A stretch of DNA of 60,766 bases, counting the filler, from Sphacelaria rigidula (taxonomy: Eukaryota): NCBI GenBank assembly GCA_964200075.2. It is 10 parts of 10 records of this genome, joined end to end, with 100 filler letters (N's around TTAATTAATTAA, not from the genome) between each part and the next. Parts side by side here need not be neighbours in the genome. Positions count along the whole stretch, not along the records: positions 6,089 to 12,075 come from CAXNAA020022989.1; positions 12,176 to 18,162 come from CAXNAA020022990.1; positions 18,263 to 24,249 come from CAXNAA020022991.1; positions 24,350 to 30,336 come from CAXNAA020022992.1; 6 more parts are not named here. One strand, 5' to 3'. This document shows, piece by piece, positions 12,001 through 24,804 of the stretch. The notes under the pieces are model-generated. The model was not told the DNA's origin. It saw only the letters and a list, made by a program, of their open reading frames with translations, and ran no database searches. The position numbers and the translations under genes are program-made. How positions within the stretch are numbered: position 1 is the stretch's first letter; each line of letters starts with the position of its first letter.

Positions 12001-13705
12001 GCATTTTACCGACTCTGTGAGCTTACAGCGCTGACCGTAACCGCTGTTTTCCCTGAAATAACCACAATCCCCCCCNNNNNNNNNNNNNNNNNNNNNNNNN
12101 NNNNNNNNNNNNNNNNNNNTTAATTAATTAANNNNNNNNNNNNNNNNNNNNNNNNNNNNNNNNNNNNNNNNNNNNAGAGGCCCGGCCTCAGACGGTCAGT
12201 TTTTGGTGTTTTTGTGGGTGGGATGAAAAAACAACTGCGGCCGCGGGGGGGGGGGGGGGGGTGAATAGGGTCCCGGACTTTCTTTTGGGGCACTCCTGTG
12301 TCATCCAAGACTTTTAGCTCCTCAAAATGAGGGATCACATTTCCTACAATTTTTCTCGCCTCCGGTGGCGCTCCCGTGGGGCCCCCTCAACAGCCGAGGG
12401 GGGGGCGTTGGCGGCGAGCGGCGAAGCCGCTCGCCGCCGATTGTTCTCCACTTGATCGGCTGCCGATTAACTGGGAAACAATCGATGTACTGGCCACTGG
12501 CGCGGCCAGTTTAGACTTAACCCTTGGACCGCGAGGGTAGTCCATCTGAATCATGCACAACTTTTCCCAGTGAAATAGATGCCGATTCAACAGATGACCT
12601 ACTCTCGCTGCCCAAGGGTTAACTGAACAGAGCAGCCAGTTCACAGCACTACAAAAACGCGTTCTGCGCACGCTGTAATTGATAGGAGCACAGCACCCCT
12701 ACTAAAGATCCGGATTTAGGGATGTTTTCTACACCAATATCAAGTAACTACCAAGCGGTGAACTCTATTGGAGTCGTCAGGAATCGCAGCGCACATACAG
12801 AGATTACCCCACTCTGGTCTGGCTTACACCGTAACCTGTGCATTGCATGGCTGTGTACCCGCCGTGAGTTGGTCAGGACGTGTCATGTCAAGGAAGAAAA
12901 CTCCAATTTCCTCAAAAATAGGCATACTCTTTTGTCCTCTTTTGATTGATCGGTGCAGCGCCACCCCGAAGAAGTCATTTTGGAGGGTGTATCTTATACG
13001 AGCACATCATTTTTCGGCCGAAAAAGTACGATGGCAAAGGAAAATTCCGATCTGATACGTGGTTGGCCCGCATGCTATCGAGGCCAAAAAAAAGCGGGGA
13101 AAGGAAAAAATATAAAAAAAGCAGCATGTTGATTGATTGCCGGGTGGGCGGCGAATAATCAGCATTCTGCTTTTGGCGCTTGTTTCTTTTCCCGGTTTTT
13201 GGGGGGCTCGATTTCCCAATGCACGGCTTCATTTCAACATGAATAACTTGGGTATGCGACGAGACATATCCGATCGAAATCTTTGTACTCCTCCGCACCT
13301 TTCCGACCGAAAAGTTATTTGCCAGACACGACCGAAAGACTCGGCCTCAGGCCGCGTGCCTTATCAAGGCCAAAAAAAAAGGAAAATAAATGAGTACCCT
13401 ATAAAAGCAGCATGTTCATCAGTCGCCGCAACCCTAGACCTTCCCGGCGATCAATCAACACGCTACTTTTGGACGGTTGTTCCTCTTCTTTCATTGGTTG
13501 TCTCGGTAAGACACGGCCCTAGGGCCTGTCACATCGGGTCGAAAAAAAGACGCGTAGAACCGAAACAGGCATCCAAAAGCGGGATGTTGATTAGCCCTCG
13601 CGAGCATGGACTCGCCTGGCGACCAATCAACCTGCTAGTTTTGCACGCTTGTTTCACTCTACACTTTTTTTTTGTGTTCCGTTAAGATAGGACTTTACCA
13701 ACTAA

Positions 13706-13890
13706 GGGCTTGTCTCAGCACATCAGTTTTCGATCGAAAAAGTGCGGTGGAAAACAAAAATCCCGATCTGATAGGTCGTAATTTCAACCATCGTCAATTT
13801 TGAATATGGTTGAAATCATGGCCTATCAGATCGGATTTTTGTTTTCCACCGCACTTTTTCGATCGAAAAAAGAAGTGCTGAGACAGGCCC
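13706..13890. mobile_element. PIF/Harbinger-type (Tourist-like) palindromic MITE, TSD TAA
   Basis: TAA-GGGCTTGTCTCAGCAC...GTGCTGAGACAGGCCC-TAA; the whole element folds back. Related fragments lie at ~12990-13700. Confidence 0.85.
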
Positions 13891-13971
13891 TAACTGGCGA
13901 CCGGAGCTTGGGAATTGGGATATAGGAAGATGAAAAATGTCTTGTCGGTAAGACCGAAAACGCTCACTATT

Positions 13972-14070
13972 GCCGGTCTCCCCGATGGCTGAGTTGGTAA
14001 CCTCTAAACGTTTTGACGGTTGGGACAGGTTGGGGCGTGGATACGAATCTCGGTGGAGTCACACTAGTTA
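13972..14070 (+). mobile_element. tRNA-derived SINE head with a different downstream body
   Basis: GCCGGTCTCCCCGATGGCTGAGTTGGTAACCTC..TTGACGGTTGGG..TACGAATCTC matches the other SINE heads. Confidence 0.65.
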
Positions 14071-14714
14071 CATATGCCCGGATTGCTACAGTCAACATAC
14101 GGACTTGTGGAAATGCACATTGTACCAGGACCACAAGGGTTGGCAAGTGAGGAATTCTGAAGACTGTTTATTGTATACTTCATTCGGATGCGCCGACAGT
14201 GCACATCTTCGGGGAAAATATGCACTCCCACCGTGGAACCACTCGGAAAAAAATATACGTACATCATCTTCCATGTGCCCGGGCTGCTACAGGTCGACGG
14301 GTGAGGGGGCTGAATCACTTTTTCTTGCATACTTGATCCGGATCTATCGGGTACGGGAAAATGTTTCTTGCATACTGTTGAATGAATCGGATTCCGCAGG
14401 TAAGGGTTAGCTTTTAGTGTGCATGAGATTCAAATCGCGCGGGTCGACGACAAGCTACTGTGCTTGCCTGACCCGAGTGATATAAATGACCACCATGTGA
14501 CGCTGTACAGATGACACAGTGCTACATATCAGTTGTACACGAAAGTGTGTGTATGTGTGTGAAGCGGATCGTACAGCTCGTCACTCTCAAATATGTACGG
14601 GTCAAGTGGGTCCTACGGATCAGCATCGGACAAACGTGCACGGGTGACAGCTCACCTCGGACACATATTATCTATGCCCCAAATGAGCTGACCCGGATCT
14701 GTCACGAGGTCATC

Positions 14715-14990
14715 CGTCCGACGTGCGAAATGTTTCATATTACGTTGTATGTAACGAAACGTAACATTAATTTTTGGAACGTGATGAACGTAACGCAACG
14801 TGAGGGTTAAATTTTCAAGTGAAGCGTTCACGTAACGTTCATTTTTTTTACGTGCGAAATGAAACGTAACCTAAACGTTACATCTCACAAACTATCAAGA
14901 AATCATTTCTTAACGTACCATACGAAACGTAAGGCGAACGTCAAATTTTACAGGATTGATGAACATAACGTGAATGTGTGACGTAACGCT
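14715..14990. repeat. AT-rich block dense in AACGT/CGTAAC motifs, resembling a DNA-transposon subterminal region
   Basis: Many short AACGT(AAC) motifs in both orientations. Confidence 0.5.
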
Positions 14991-17029
14991 TACAGTACTG
15001 GGCACCTGAACTTTTCAGTTTGTAATTTCTTCGCCATTGGTGATTTTTTTCGCTCTTTCGCTTGCCGCCGCTCGTCACATTGGGGATCTGAAGATACTTG
15101 TATCCGCTCCACATTCCAAGAAAAAACAATCACCTGTACTGTACTCAATATTGAGTGACTTACGGACTAGCTGGTCATATCGGGGGTCCTGACACGTTTC
15201 AGCCCAGATTCTGACTCTTCGGTATTTTCGGTCGATCGAGCCTGTCCTGATCGTATTTGTCGAGAAATGTGTGTGTGTGTTTTTTAAGTGTACCTCCTCA
15301 TTGCACTAGGACCGAAGAACTGTGTTTTACGGTCAATAGCACCATCCTGATATACGGGGTTTCTACTCATATCGCCCGATAAAACCAACTAACATTAACT
15401 TGGGCACTGGGGGGAGGGACCATCTGTTCATTTTTCCAAAATATCCCGACGCTAGCACTTTCGAGTTCTATCAAAAAGTAGTCGCGAGAAAAAATCCTCC
15501 TGAGCAAAAAATAGTTCAGACGCGCAGTACTATAGAGCCCCGAAAACGAAAACCAATCACATCAAATCAATCAACCTCAGGAACATTGTTTCCGGGGAAA
15601 CGGCAAGAATCTTGGGGGGCCTCCGTCCTTGCGAATAAGGTTCACCCGGTGTGTGTTCTTCGGTTGTGCCGTTATCTAGTCGGTCATGCTCCTCAGTAAA
15701 GCACGTGGAAACCATTACACTCAACGCCAGTGTTGTTCTCCCCTTCCATGTTCTTCCCATCGTTTGTGCGCGCTTGGTTTCATCAGGTCACCAAACAACG
15801 ATGACAAGGGCACGGTGTTGGGTCCAGAGCAGCAGTGGCATCCCAAAGACGAAGCCAGGGACAAGAACCCTGGGCGGGGTCACTGAAAATAAATATTTGT
15901 AGAGTTCGCTCGAGGCGTGTTTTTCTGCTTGTTCGTACGATCATTCTGTGGTGGTATGTTCTTTTGTTTTGTTGAGCTCAACGTGTTTGTTTTCCTACGC
16001 CTCATCTTTTTTTTTTGGCGACGGCTTCTTGTTCCGCATGTGCTGGGTGTGTAGTCCTTTGTACACGTAGATCAGGATTACGCAAGGGGCAGCTACGACA
16101 ACACAGTAGTACATTTGTTTGCCTGTGCATGTATATCCTGCCCTTTACGCGCATGCACACACACAAGATTGACCGACAGTGTTTTTGTGCTGTTTTGTTG
16201 GAGGGACTGTTCACCACTGCACACTGCTAGGGCGAGCGTGCCCTCATGACGGTTTTAGCGGGCCACCGACCAGTAGAGTCAAAACCATTGTGGAGGCACC
16301 GTTTACGATTTTTTTCTATACAAAACCAGAGGGACGAAAACACCGAGGCGTTCGCCATGATATGAGATGCCAGCGTCGAGGAACTGCACATAATGTCGTA
16401 CTTCTGCTGGCTCCTCTAGCAAAGCCGCCCCTAGGCCTCCATTTTTTTTTTTAATTGTGCGCTTGGCATGGTATGCAAAGCCACATATATATATTTTTCT
16501 GTACTTTTTGTTGTTTTGAGTAGGAGTAAAGAGTGGCGGTGGCTATAGACCAGCTCTCTAGAGCACCCCGGCTGATTTCTTTTTACATAGCCACATGCAT
16601 TATTTAGCATAGTCGAGTTTGAAGAGCGACGAGGGATAATTGCGAGGGGGGCGAGGGGGGGGAGGGTACCACACATCATAGATCTTGGGTAGGAGACCCG
16701 TTTAGTTGTTCACTTCTTGGTGTCGGTGGTGATGAATGAATGATGAGTGCCGGGACGGTTACAAAGAGGAGGATGAAACAAGAAACCTGAGAGGCGGCGG
16801 TTAGGGCAAGAAATACGTGCAGCTTAAAGGGAACAGACAGCGCATGTCGGGGTATGTCCCTTGTCCGAAAATAGTGAGCAGGGGGGTGAGGCGGACGGTG
16901 TGGCGGGGGAGGAGGTACCAGCGGATTCACCGGAAGGTGGCGGCCGGGGGAGAAAGGATTCGCGTCTCGTTTTTTTTCGAACGGACGGAGATTCAGTCTG
17001 TGATGAGACGTACGTTCAAGGGTCGGTAC

Positions 17030-17940
17030 TGATGGTTGGGTGCGGACAAGCACTTTTACGAACTCTGTTGTACAGGGATGGTAGCATATCAATTGTTTTT
17101 TCTTCTGGTAGTTTTCTTCGGTAATGGTAAGGAATCGATGAGTGTGATCGGACATGATCGTTCCGATAAATTGTGCTCTGACAATGCATATCTCCGTGAC
17201 GGGACTTACAAGTCGCGGTGGTGCAGGTCATATATCGGGGATTGTTTGTTGTTTTCCGCGCTCCGACAATGCTTCTCCCCCGCCCCCGAACGTGGAATCG
17301 GGGTATGATTGTATATGGGTTTCTCGTCTGGGGACAGCTTTCTAGCTACGCGGGATGTCGTGGTACGTTGCTGCGTCGGACAGCCATGCACTGCGTGTAC
17401 CTTCTCTAAGTTGTTGTCGGGATGGTGGTCGTGGTGGGTGTGTAAGTGTAGTGTGGAAATATTTTTTGTGTATACCCTTTTGCGTATTCCGTGGGCGTGT
17501 ATTTCCGTTCGTGAACGACGGAACAATAAACTGGGGCACAAGGTTGAACTGCCGTGGGCGAGTTTTTCTTCGTACTTCGCCCGTGATCGGGTGCTGGGCC
17601 GTTTCTTTTTGCCGATGGATTGTTTGGTGTGTATAGAGCTGTACCGTTTTGTATGCAGATGTTTCGTGCGTGCCTGCGGTTTTTGTTCGCGGCATTTGTG
17701 TTTCTCTATGTCCCTCTCGAATGGCATGGTGCCGTTTCTTTATAAAAGCTGCGTTGAATACCGCTGATAGTTGGACGTGCGACGGCGCCTCAGTCTTGGT
17801 TGGGTCCAGACAAGCACTTTACGAACTCTTTTGTACAGGGGGTGGTGACATCGTTATTTTTTTTTTCGTATTTTTCTTCGGTGATGGTAACGAATCGATG
17901 GGTATGAGTGGACATGATGTCCACAACAAGGATCGTTTCC
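17030..17940. repeat. Diverged ~130-bp direct repeats at ~17030-17160 and ~17795-17925
   Basis: TGGTTGGGT..GACAAGCACTTT(T)ACGAACTCT..TTTTCTTCGGT.ATGGTAA.GAATCGATG..GGACATGAT occurs twice. Confidence 0.75.
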
Positions 17941-18528
17941 CTGGTACACTTGTGTAGTGTCTGTAGAGAAGGGGGGATTTACTGCCTCCAAAAATGTCAA
18001 AATGGGGATATATTAACGTGAAGGTGGCTCTAGTTGACGAAGAACCGATGTGCACTGCAGCCATTTTCTTTGCGATTGTTCTGCACCCCCCCCCCTCTGC
18101 TCCGTCTCAAAAGGGATGCGTGGTCAATGGTCAAACGACTAAGGCAAGCAACAAATGAGTACNNNNNNNNNNNNNNNNNNNNNNNNNNNNNNNNNNNNNN
18201 NNNNNNTTAATTAATTAANNNNNNNNNNNNNNNNNNNNNNNNNNNNNNNNNNNNNNNNNNNNCTTTTAGAACCGGTTCTGACCAAAATAATCCCGCCTCC
18301 AGAACCTTGGCTCACCACAGTACTGTACTGTGCTCGCGCAGCAGTACAGTACTGTACTGTCGTGGGTACCCTCAACCTACGCATTCGCATTTGTTTCCAG
18401 CGGGGGGGCTGAAGTCTACAACGAAGTACTCGTATCCATCGTGCTCCTCTGCGCCAAAAACGTGCAGCGTGCAACGTGCCACGCAACGTGCGCAGCGTGC
18501 CACGAGTTGCCTGCCGTGCAGGGGGATC

Positions 18529-21500
18529 ATGTCCCTGTCCAATCCCTTGTCCCATATGCTGTTGAAGGAGCTCGGCACCCCTTTAGAGTTGAAAGAGTGG
18601 GGTCTAATTCTTGATCGCCACTTCGAGGCGCTAAAGGCGCATGTTAAGGCTGGCAACTCCGTTGCGAAAGAGCGATGGGACGCCATCGAGAGCGCGTGGG
18701 GGTTGAAGCAGAAGGGCGTCTTCAACGAAAAAGAGTGGATCACGCAGCTTGACGGAGAAATCCAGGGGATCACCAGCAGCACCCAGCTGTCGTTGTCATC
18801 GCAACGAAATACCGGCGGCGCACGAGGTGCACCCTCTCAGCACCCACCGCCTACTGCTGCGGCTGCCGGGAAGAGAAAGGTTGCCGATCGAGGGAAACAA
18901 GCCAGGGAGAGATCTACCAAAGGCACTTTAGGTGGCAACATCTATAACGCATTCGCGATTGGCAGCGGATAACCGGTGGGTCCATTCGTCAGACGCGTAC
19001 AGTTGCTTTTGTTGATGACAATTGTTTTTCGTAGAAAAAAATCGACGATGAGACAAGAAGAAGTGTTGGTACTGTACTCATACAAATACAAGTCTATACT
19101 GTACTGCTGGTTGTACCTCGTACCAGTTCTCGCAGATGTTGTAGGTTTAGCGTAGGCGACTGAATGTTAGTGTGTGTAAGAGCTGTTCCAACACTCACAT
19201 TACCTGTTGTAAAAAGTTCAAGGGAGGCAATGATGGTACAGCTGTACACACGACATTGAAAAAATGATTCGATACCAGGTAACAGTATTGTACACACGCG
19301 CAATCCAACAATTTCTCTACACATGCGGCCACACACACGCGCGTAATCCGCTTGATAAACTGTACATATATATTTTGCGACAGACGCAAAGCAGACCTCA
19401 TATCTCTACTCTCTAGTGTGGTTCACGAAAATATAGTTTTTTTCTCACGTAAGCAAAGCAGACGTCATCCCTCCACTCTTTACGAGAGTAGCGTTCACGC
19501 GAAATCCTATTTTATCCAGAGATATATGCCTTTTGCCACCGATATCCGCAGAAATATGAGGTCAACTACGCCACATTCAACGGCGACTTTACATATCATT
19601 TTGGCTTGCTGAATCACCTACACCGCAATCCCGCCCTTCTCCTACCGTGCCGCGCAGATTGAGCGTACTCGCGGTGGAGTGAAAGAACTTATATCCGGTA
19701 TCAAGTTCCCTCCACCGGCCCCGCAGTCCCGCCCATCGTGCCCTCACTGTCCCCTGACCTTCGTGAACGAGCAAGGCCTTGGGATCCACGTGAAAACGCA
19801 GGACAGCAGTGCAAACATGTCGTGTGGCTTGCGGCTGAAGCGGATGCTAAAGAAGGATGCCAAAGAGAGTATCCTACCGTGGGAAGAAGCCGGGCCTGGG
19901 CGTTGTTGGCACGTGAAGGTCGATGGTGCGACGGGGGCGGCTTCGTTCGTCCTCCAGCGGAAGCGCTTTCTCGATCTCGACTTCGATAGCGACGGTTTTT
20001 CGGCCCGCAAAGCCAAGGAAACTCGTGGAGCTCCCAAGCGCAAGCGATATGACTTCAGGACCAAAGCCCATGTTGTTACCCAGCTGCGCTTCCTCCAGGA
20101 AAGGGCCGAAGAACTCATGAGGGAGGAGCAGCTGACGCATCTTCAGTACTTAGAGGATCGTCTGCACATTCACTACAGCCTGATCGTGAAGTGGACCAAG
20201 GACGAAGACAACATAGTCAAAGAGGCAGCAGATGACGTGACGAAGACGCTCCTTGCCAAACAGCAGCCTAAGCGGTGGTTTCCTGAGGCAGAAAAGAGGC
20301 TGTACAGTATGTTCTTAGAGCGGCGGAAGAGAAAGCTGAAGGTATCGACCCTGTGGCTGACGGTCAAGTTCCGGAAGCTCGTGCAAGAGATGTACCCTGG
20401 GGACCAACGGGCGGCGGCGTTCCGCGCGTCCTTCAGGTGGGCACGAAGATGGGCCAAGATTCATAATCTGTCTTAACGACGCAGAAGCAACCTCAAGAGC
20501 AAGTCTGTGGAAGAGCGCCTACCAAAGATCCAGCGCTTCCACAGACGGTTTCGCGCGCTACTAAAAGAGCCGGTTCGGTACAGGGCACCTGATTCGTCGG
20601 ACGTGTCGGCGACGACGGTCGCGGAGAGAGAGTCCAGAGATCCCAACTGTGGTCAATTCCAGCTTTGCGAGCGTTGGAATGTGGATCAAGTGCCTCTGCC
20701 ATTCGTCAATGGGCTGGTCAGCACGTGGGAGAAGACAGGTGCGTCGCGTGTAGCCATCGCGCAGCCCTTTGCAGGCCTGGAGAAAAGGCAGTGCACCATG
20801 CAAGTCATCTTTGGTCCGGGTGAGAAGATCATGCGAATTTCGGTGATTTTCCGAGGCACGGGGAAGCGGATCTCGCCGGTGGAGAAGGCCGCGTACCACG
20901 AGGACGTGGACGTTTATTCCAGGAAAACGCATGGGCGGACCATGAGTTCTGCATGGAGTGGGCAAAGAGGTCCTAGCGTGAAGGCCTGATGCGCGGGCGG
21001 GGTGAGCTCCCCAAGGCGAGGTCCATTCTCATCGTGGACAACCTGCACGCCCAGAAAACGGACGAGTTCAAGGCCTATCTCGCGAAGCAGTGCAACACTC
21101 TCGCCTGGTATGGCCCGGCGGAGTGCACGGACGAGGTGCAGCCAGTTGATGCAGGAGCCGGACGATTTCTCAAGGGGGAAGTTGGGAGGCAGCTGGATAT
21201 GTGGCTCGAGCAGTCCGACAACCTCGAGAGGTGGGAAACCGCGTTGCTGACAGCTTCTGACCGGCGGGTACTCATCACACAATGGATGGGAGCGGCCATG
21301 ACGAAACTCAATAGCCAACAGCGGTACCCGTACCGCCTTCTCGAAACGTGCGGGATGGCGATGACCGTGGACGGCTCTGGTGATGATCGAATCACCTTGG
21401 AGGGTTTGGACAAGCCGTACAGATTCACAAACGACGAAGACTCCAGCGAGAGTGAGGGAAGTTTGGATATTGACAGCGATGGACATGAGGGGCGTGAGGA

Positions 21501-22193
21501 GGAGGGCAGTGGTGACAACAGCGGGGAGGACAGGGAGGGCCCTGATTATAGCGATGAAGACAACGGCTGTAAGTTTAACTTTCAGTAGACCCTACCAGGT
21601 ATCTTTGATCACATTCCTTGTCGATGGCGATGTCCTTCACGTTGATATTTGCCACTGTATTTTTGCTGATGTGCTATTTCCACGTTCACGTCTACAAACA
21701 AATGGTGTGATAAGCTCATGTTGAGTAACAGCGATGAAACCCGTACTTCTTGTCTTTCACGGTACACCTGTTCGCAGACACCTCGCAACCCCAGACCGAC
21801 GAGCTAGCTCTTTTGGACGAGGACGACAGCATAGACCCAGACGACCCGGAGGACGAGACACAGGAAATGGACATCTCGGCAGGCTTTCGCATTCAAGAGT
21901 CGAAACCCGTTGTTCTTGACAGATTGCTTTTGCAACGCGGAGTGCTCGTTAGGCTTGGTATGGGGTGCTTTGGAGGGCTGATCATTCAACAACCTCAGCA
22001 GCGCACTCGCCACCTGTACGACTACTGTGTGCAGCTGGAGCTAGACCAGAGTACGCGCAAGATGAAGCTGCCCTTAGACAAGTACAGCGGAGATCCGGAT
22101 GCGGCGGTAGGCTCATGGGTTTTGCTTGAAAGCGTTAGTAGAGCGGGAAGGGTACGCACCCCCAACGTCACGCTTTTGGACCACGAAGGTTGA
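18529..22193 (+). pseudogene. pogo-like (Tc1/mariner-related) DD36D transposase pseudogene with 3 exons (~18529-18975, 19658-21568, 21778-22193)
   Basis: C2H2-like CPHC..H motif; CENP-B-type HTH (FPEAEKRLYSMFLERR..FRASFRWARRW); catalytic motifs WNVDQVP, IVDNLH and QPVD with 36 residues between D2 and D3; QENAWAD motif. GT-AG introns at 18976-19657 and 21569-21777 keep the frame. Lesions are stops at 18970, 20474 and 20974 and a -1 frameshift near 20915. Confidence 0.88.
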
Positions 22194-22299
22194 TAGTTGC
22201 CCCATGGGGGGGTGTTTTCTTGCGCCAAACAGCAGCACCAGTGTTCTCATGCCCGCCGAGTGCAGTTGAGCGCCACCAAAGTGCCGTAATGCTGACTGC

Positions 22300-22588
22300 T
22301 GTAGCACACCAATGGAGCAATCAGTGTTGAAATACGGACAAGAACACCGTTTTTGGACACGGATGGGACGACGAAATAAGATCATGGCAAATAAGAACTT
22401 GTGCCTAATGACTGTTGCACACCAATGGAGCAATTGGTGCTGAAATAAGAACAAGAACACCGTTTTGGACAGGGATGGGGCGACGAAATAAGAACATGAC
22501 AAAAAAAACTTGTGCTCGGGTTGGGGAAGCCAACAAGAACTGAGCCTCGCTCAAAATAAGATGTTCTTAAGTGCGGGCGCCCTCTGTA
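22300..22588 (+). mobile_element. Probable right end of the pogo element: ~111-bp tandem subterminal duplication and ...GCCCTCTG|TA terminus
   Basis: Two copies of GCACACCAATGGAGCAAT..AACTTGTGC. The CTG-TA end fits a CAG-initiated TIR with a TA target. The left TIR lies outside the contig. Confidence 0.5.
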
Positions 22589-23069
22589 GCTAATTTCGGA
22601 CTGTTACACGCCTCTCATTAGGGCGAATTTACTGCAAAGGAGCCCAATAGTGGGACCGCAGCCGGTTCGTCGAACGGCCTCCGGTGCACTTTTTGTGGGG
22701 GGGGCTATCTCGGAATTAGTCCGAGGTGGATTTCTCTCCGCCTCTCCTTTTGGACAGGACGCGCCTCTGTGCGCTGAAAAACATGTTGAAAACCAGGCCG
22801 ATGTTCCCGTCACCGCTACTACTGTTCTCTGTCACACACATGCCAGCAAGGGTGGTGATGCGGCAATAACAAAGATATTCAATTCGAACTTGGGGGGTGT
22901 TATTCATCGTTGATTTTACCCACACCTGACCCTCTGGGTGCCCGACAGGAACAACGTGCCACTCGCCAGTTGAGGGGGGTGTATGAGAAATCAAACACTT
23001 GTAGATACCTTCTTGACATGCGGAGTGAAAAAAGATACGTATGGTGGTGACCTAACTGTTGCTAGCGTT

Positions 23070-24249
23070 GCGCATAGGAGTCCGTCCATGCTGCAATCTG
23101 GAGCACACGCTGGTCGCGTGAACACCTCGGTACAGTATGAGTAGCTTTCCAGAATTATTCCGATGTGAGGAGATCATGCATTACAAGCTGAGGCGAGAGT
23201 GCTCTATGATCAACCACTTGTCGTTGCATGTGAGACCCACGCCGTCGACCACCGACAGCAAAGGTCGTGTGGCTTTCGGTAGTGCGGCAGGCAAACCCGA
23301 TCATAGCTGGCTTTCGTTGCTCTACCGTACTTACTCCCGATCGAAGTTCGCCACAGGTATGAAAACTATACAGTTGACTTTTCTCAACTACATCAACCCA
23401 ATTTGAACGACTCTCAAGACCTGAGGGAAGGTGACCGCTTCGGGTCCGATTAAACATGCGAAGATACCGTCGAACAGCAATACCAAACTTTTCTGGGATT
23501 GGCATCAGGCAGTCCGTGGAGAACGGAACATAAATCGACAAGTTACCGTTCGTATTAGAAAACAGTACGTATGAAACACTTTGTAGGTTCAAAAACACGT
23601 ATTTTCATTGAGAAGAAATTCTCCTTACCCCCATTAGTGTTGTATGCGCCTGAAAAAACTCTACCGTCGTTCAATATTACCTGGCGGGGGGACAGGGAAG
23701 CCGTCCTCCACTCTACTACTACTGGTCGACCTCTTCCTTCTTTCCGGTAGGTCCAGGTCCCCCACTCGAAATCGTAGTTTCAATTTTTCGCCTAGTTCAT
23801 CGGGCCATGCGGCTATCTTGGCATCCCTATCCCATCTCTCAACCCTGGTATATCTTTAGGTGCTCTTTCTCGTCTAATGTCCGTCTTAGCGCTTGTTTTC
23901 ACCTCATTTCCATAGTTTCGATTACTTTTTGTTTTGCACCCGCTACATTCACCTAAGGACGTTAGAGTGACGCCGTGATAGCCCCCGCCTGAATCAGCCC
24001 CAAATCGCCATACAGCAGCGCATGATAGCTGGTTTCAGACTGCATGAAGCGCCTCATATGGGCGACATGGGCAAGAACGATCCCAAGCGTGGGAGTCCCC
24101 AGCTGCACGGTGTGCTCGGCTTTTGTCATTTTGATTCGCATGGAAATTCGGCTCCTCAAACCAGACAGTTTCCTGGGGGGGGGGGCGTACTCATTTGTTG
24201 CTTGCCTTAGTCGTGTGGCCATTGACCACGCATCCCTTTCGAGACGGAG
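23070..24249 (+). repeat. Large dispersed repeat family R1 (unclassified); pieces also at 47258-47955 (+), 47964-48386 (-), ~37860-39005 (-), 18095-18162 (-), 48695-48760 (-), 36620-36685 (-) and 54620-54680 (+)
   Basis: Collinear matches, e.g. ATGCTGCAATCTGG..GTGAACACCTCGGTACAGTA, CGAAATCGTAGTTTCA and GGGGCGTACTCATTTGTTGCTTGCCTTAGTC..CCATTGACCACGCATCC. Confidence 0.8.
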
Positions 24250-24804
24250 NNNNNNNNNNNNNNNNNNNNNNNNNNNNNNNNNNNNNNNNNNNNTTAATTA
24301 ATTAANNNNNNNNNNNNNNNNNNNNNNNNNNNNNNNNNNNNNNNNNNNNTGGAAGGATGTCTGACACACTTATGAGTTTTTTTTTTCGTGCAACCAAATA
24401 CCCCCGCCCTATCGTGGGATGACTCCATTTCAGATTTGGCATTGGATATCTGTGACAGAAAACTGTCTAGTTTTTTTCAGACTATATTTTCAGAACCAAT
24501 GAGAACTTTTCAAGCATCAATGAGAATTTTCAAGAAGAACAAGAACTTTTCGAAAAACTGCCCAAAACGTGACCCCTCCCACATACTTGAATCTAGTGTA
24601 CGTATGTAGGTTGCATTTGCGCAGGGTGCGTGGGCGTTGTAGCACGATCGAAACACGGAACGTCTCTGCCACGAGGAAAGAAGGCAGGAACAGCAGCAGT
24701 AGTGTCGGCACCGACTGGTTCAGACCCACCCCCAACCGCGTACATCTACTGGCAGGAAAGATACTGCTGATGCTGCACCAGCTACCGCAAAATTTTCAAG
24801 ATCC

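Noticed and set aside
12410..12438. Perfect 13-bp GC hairpin with GAA loop as a terminator or Helitron 3' end
   Set aside because: Eukaryotic context, no U-tract and no CTRR terminus nearby; probably a transposon subterminal hairpin (similar at ~50263).
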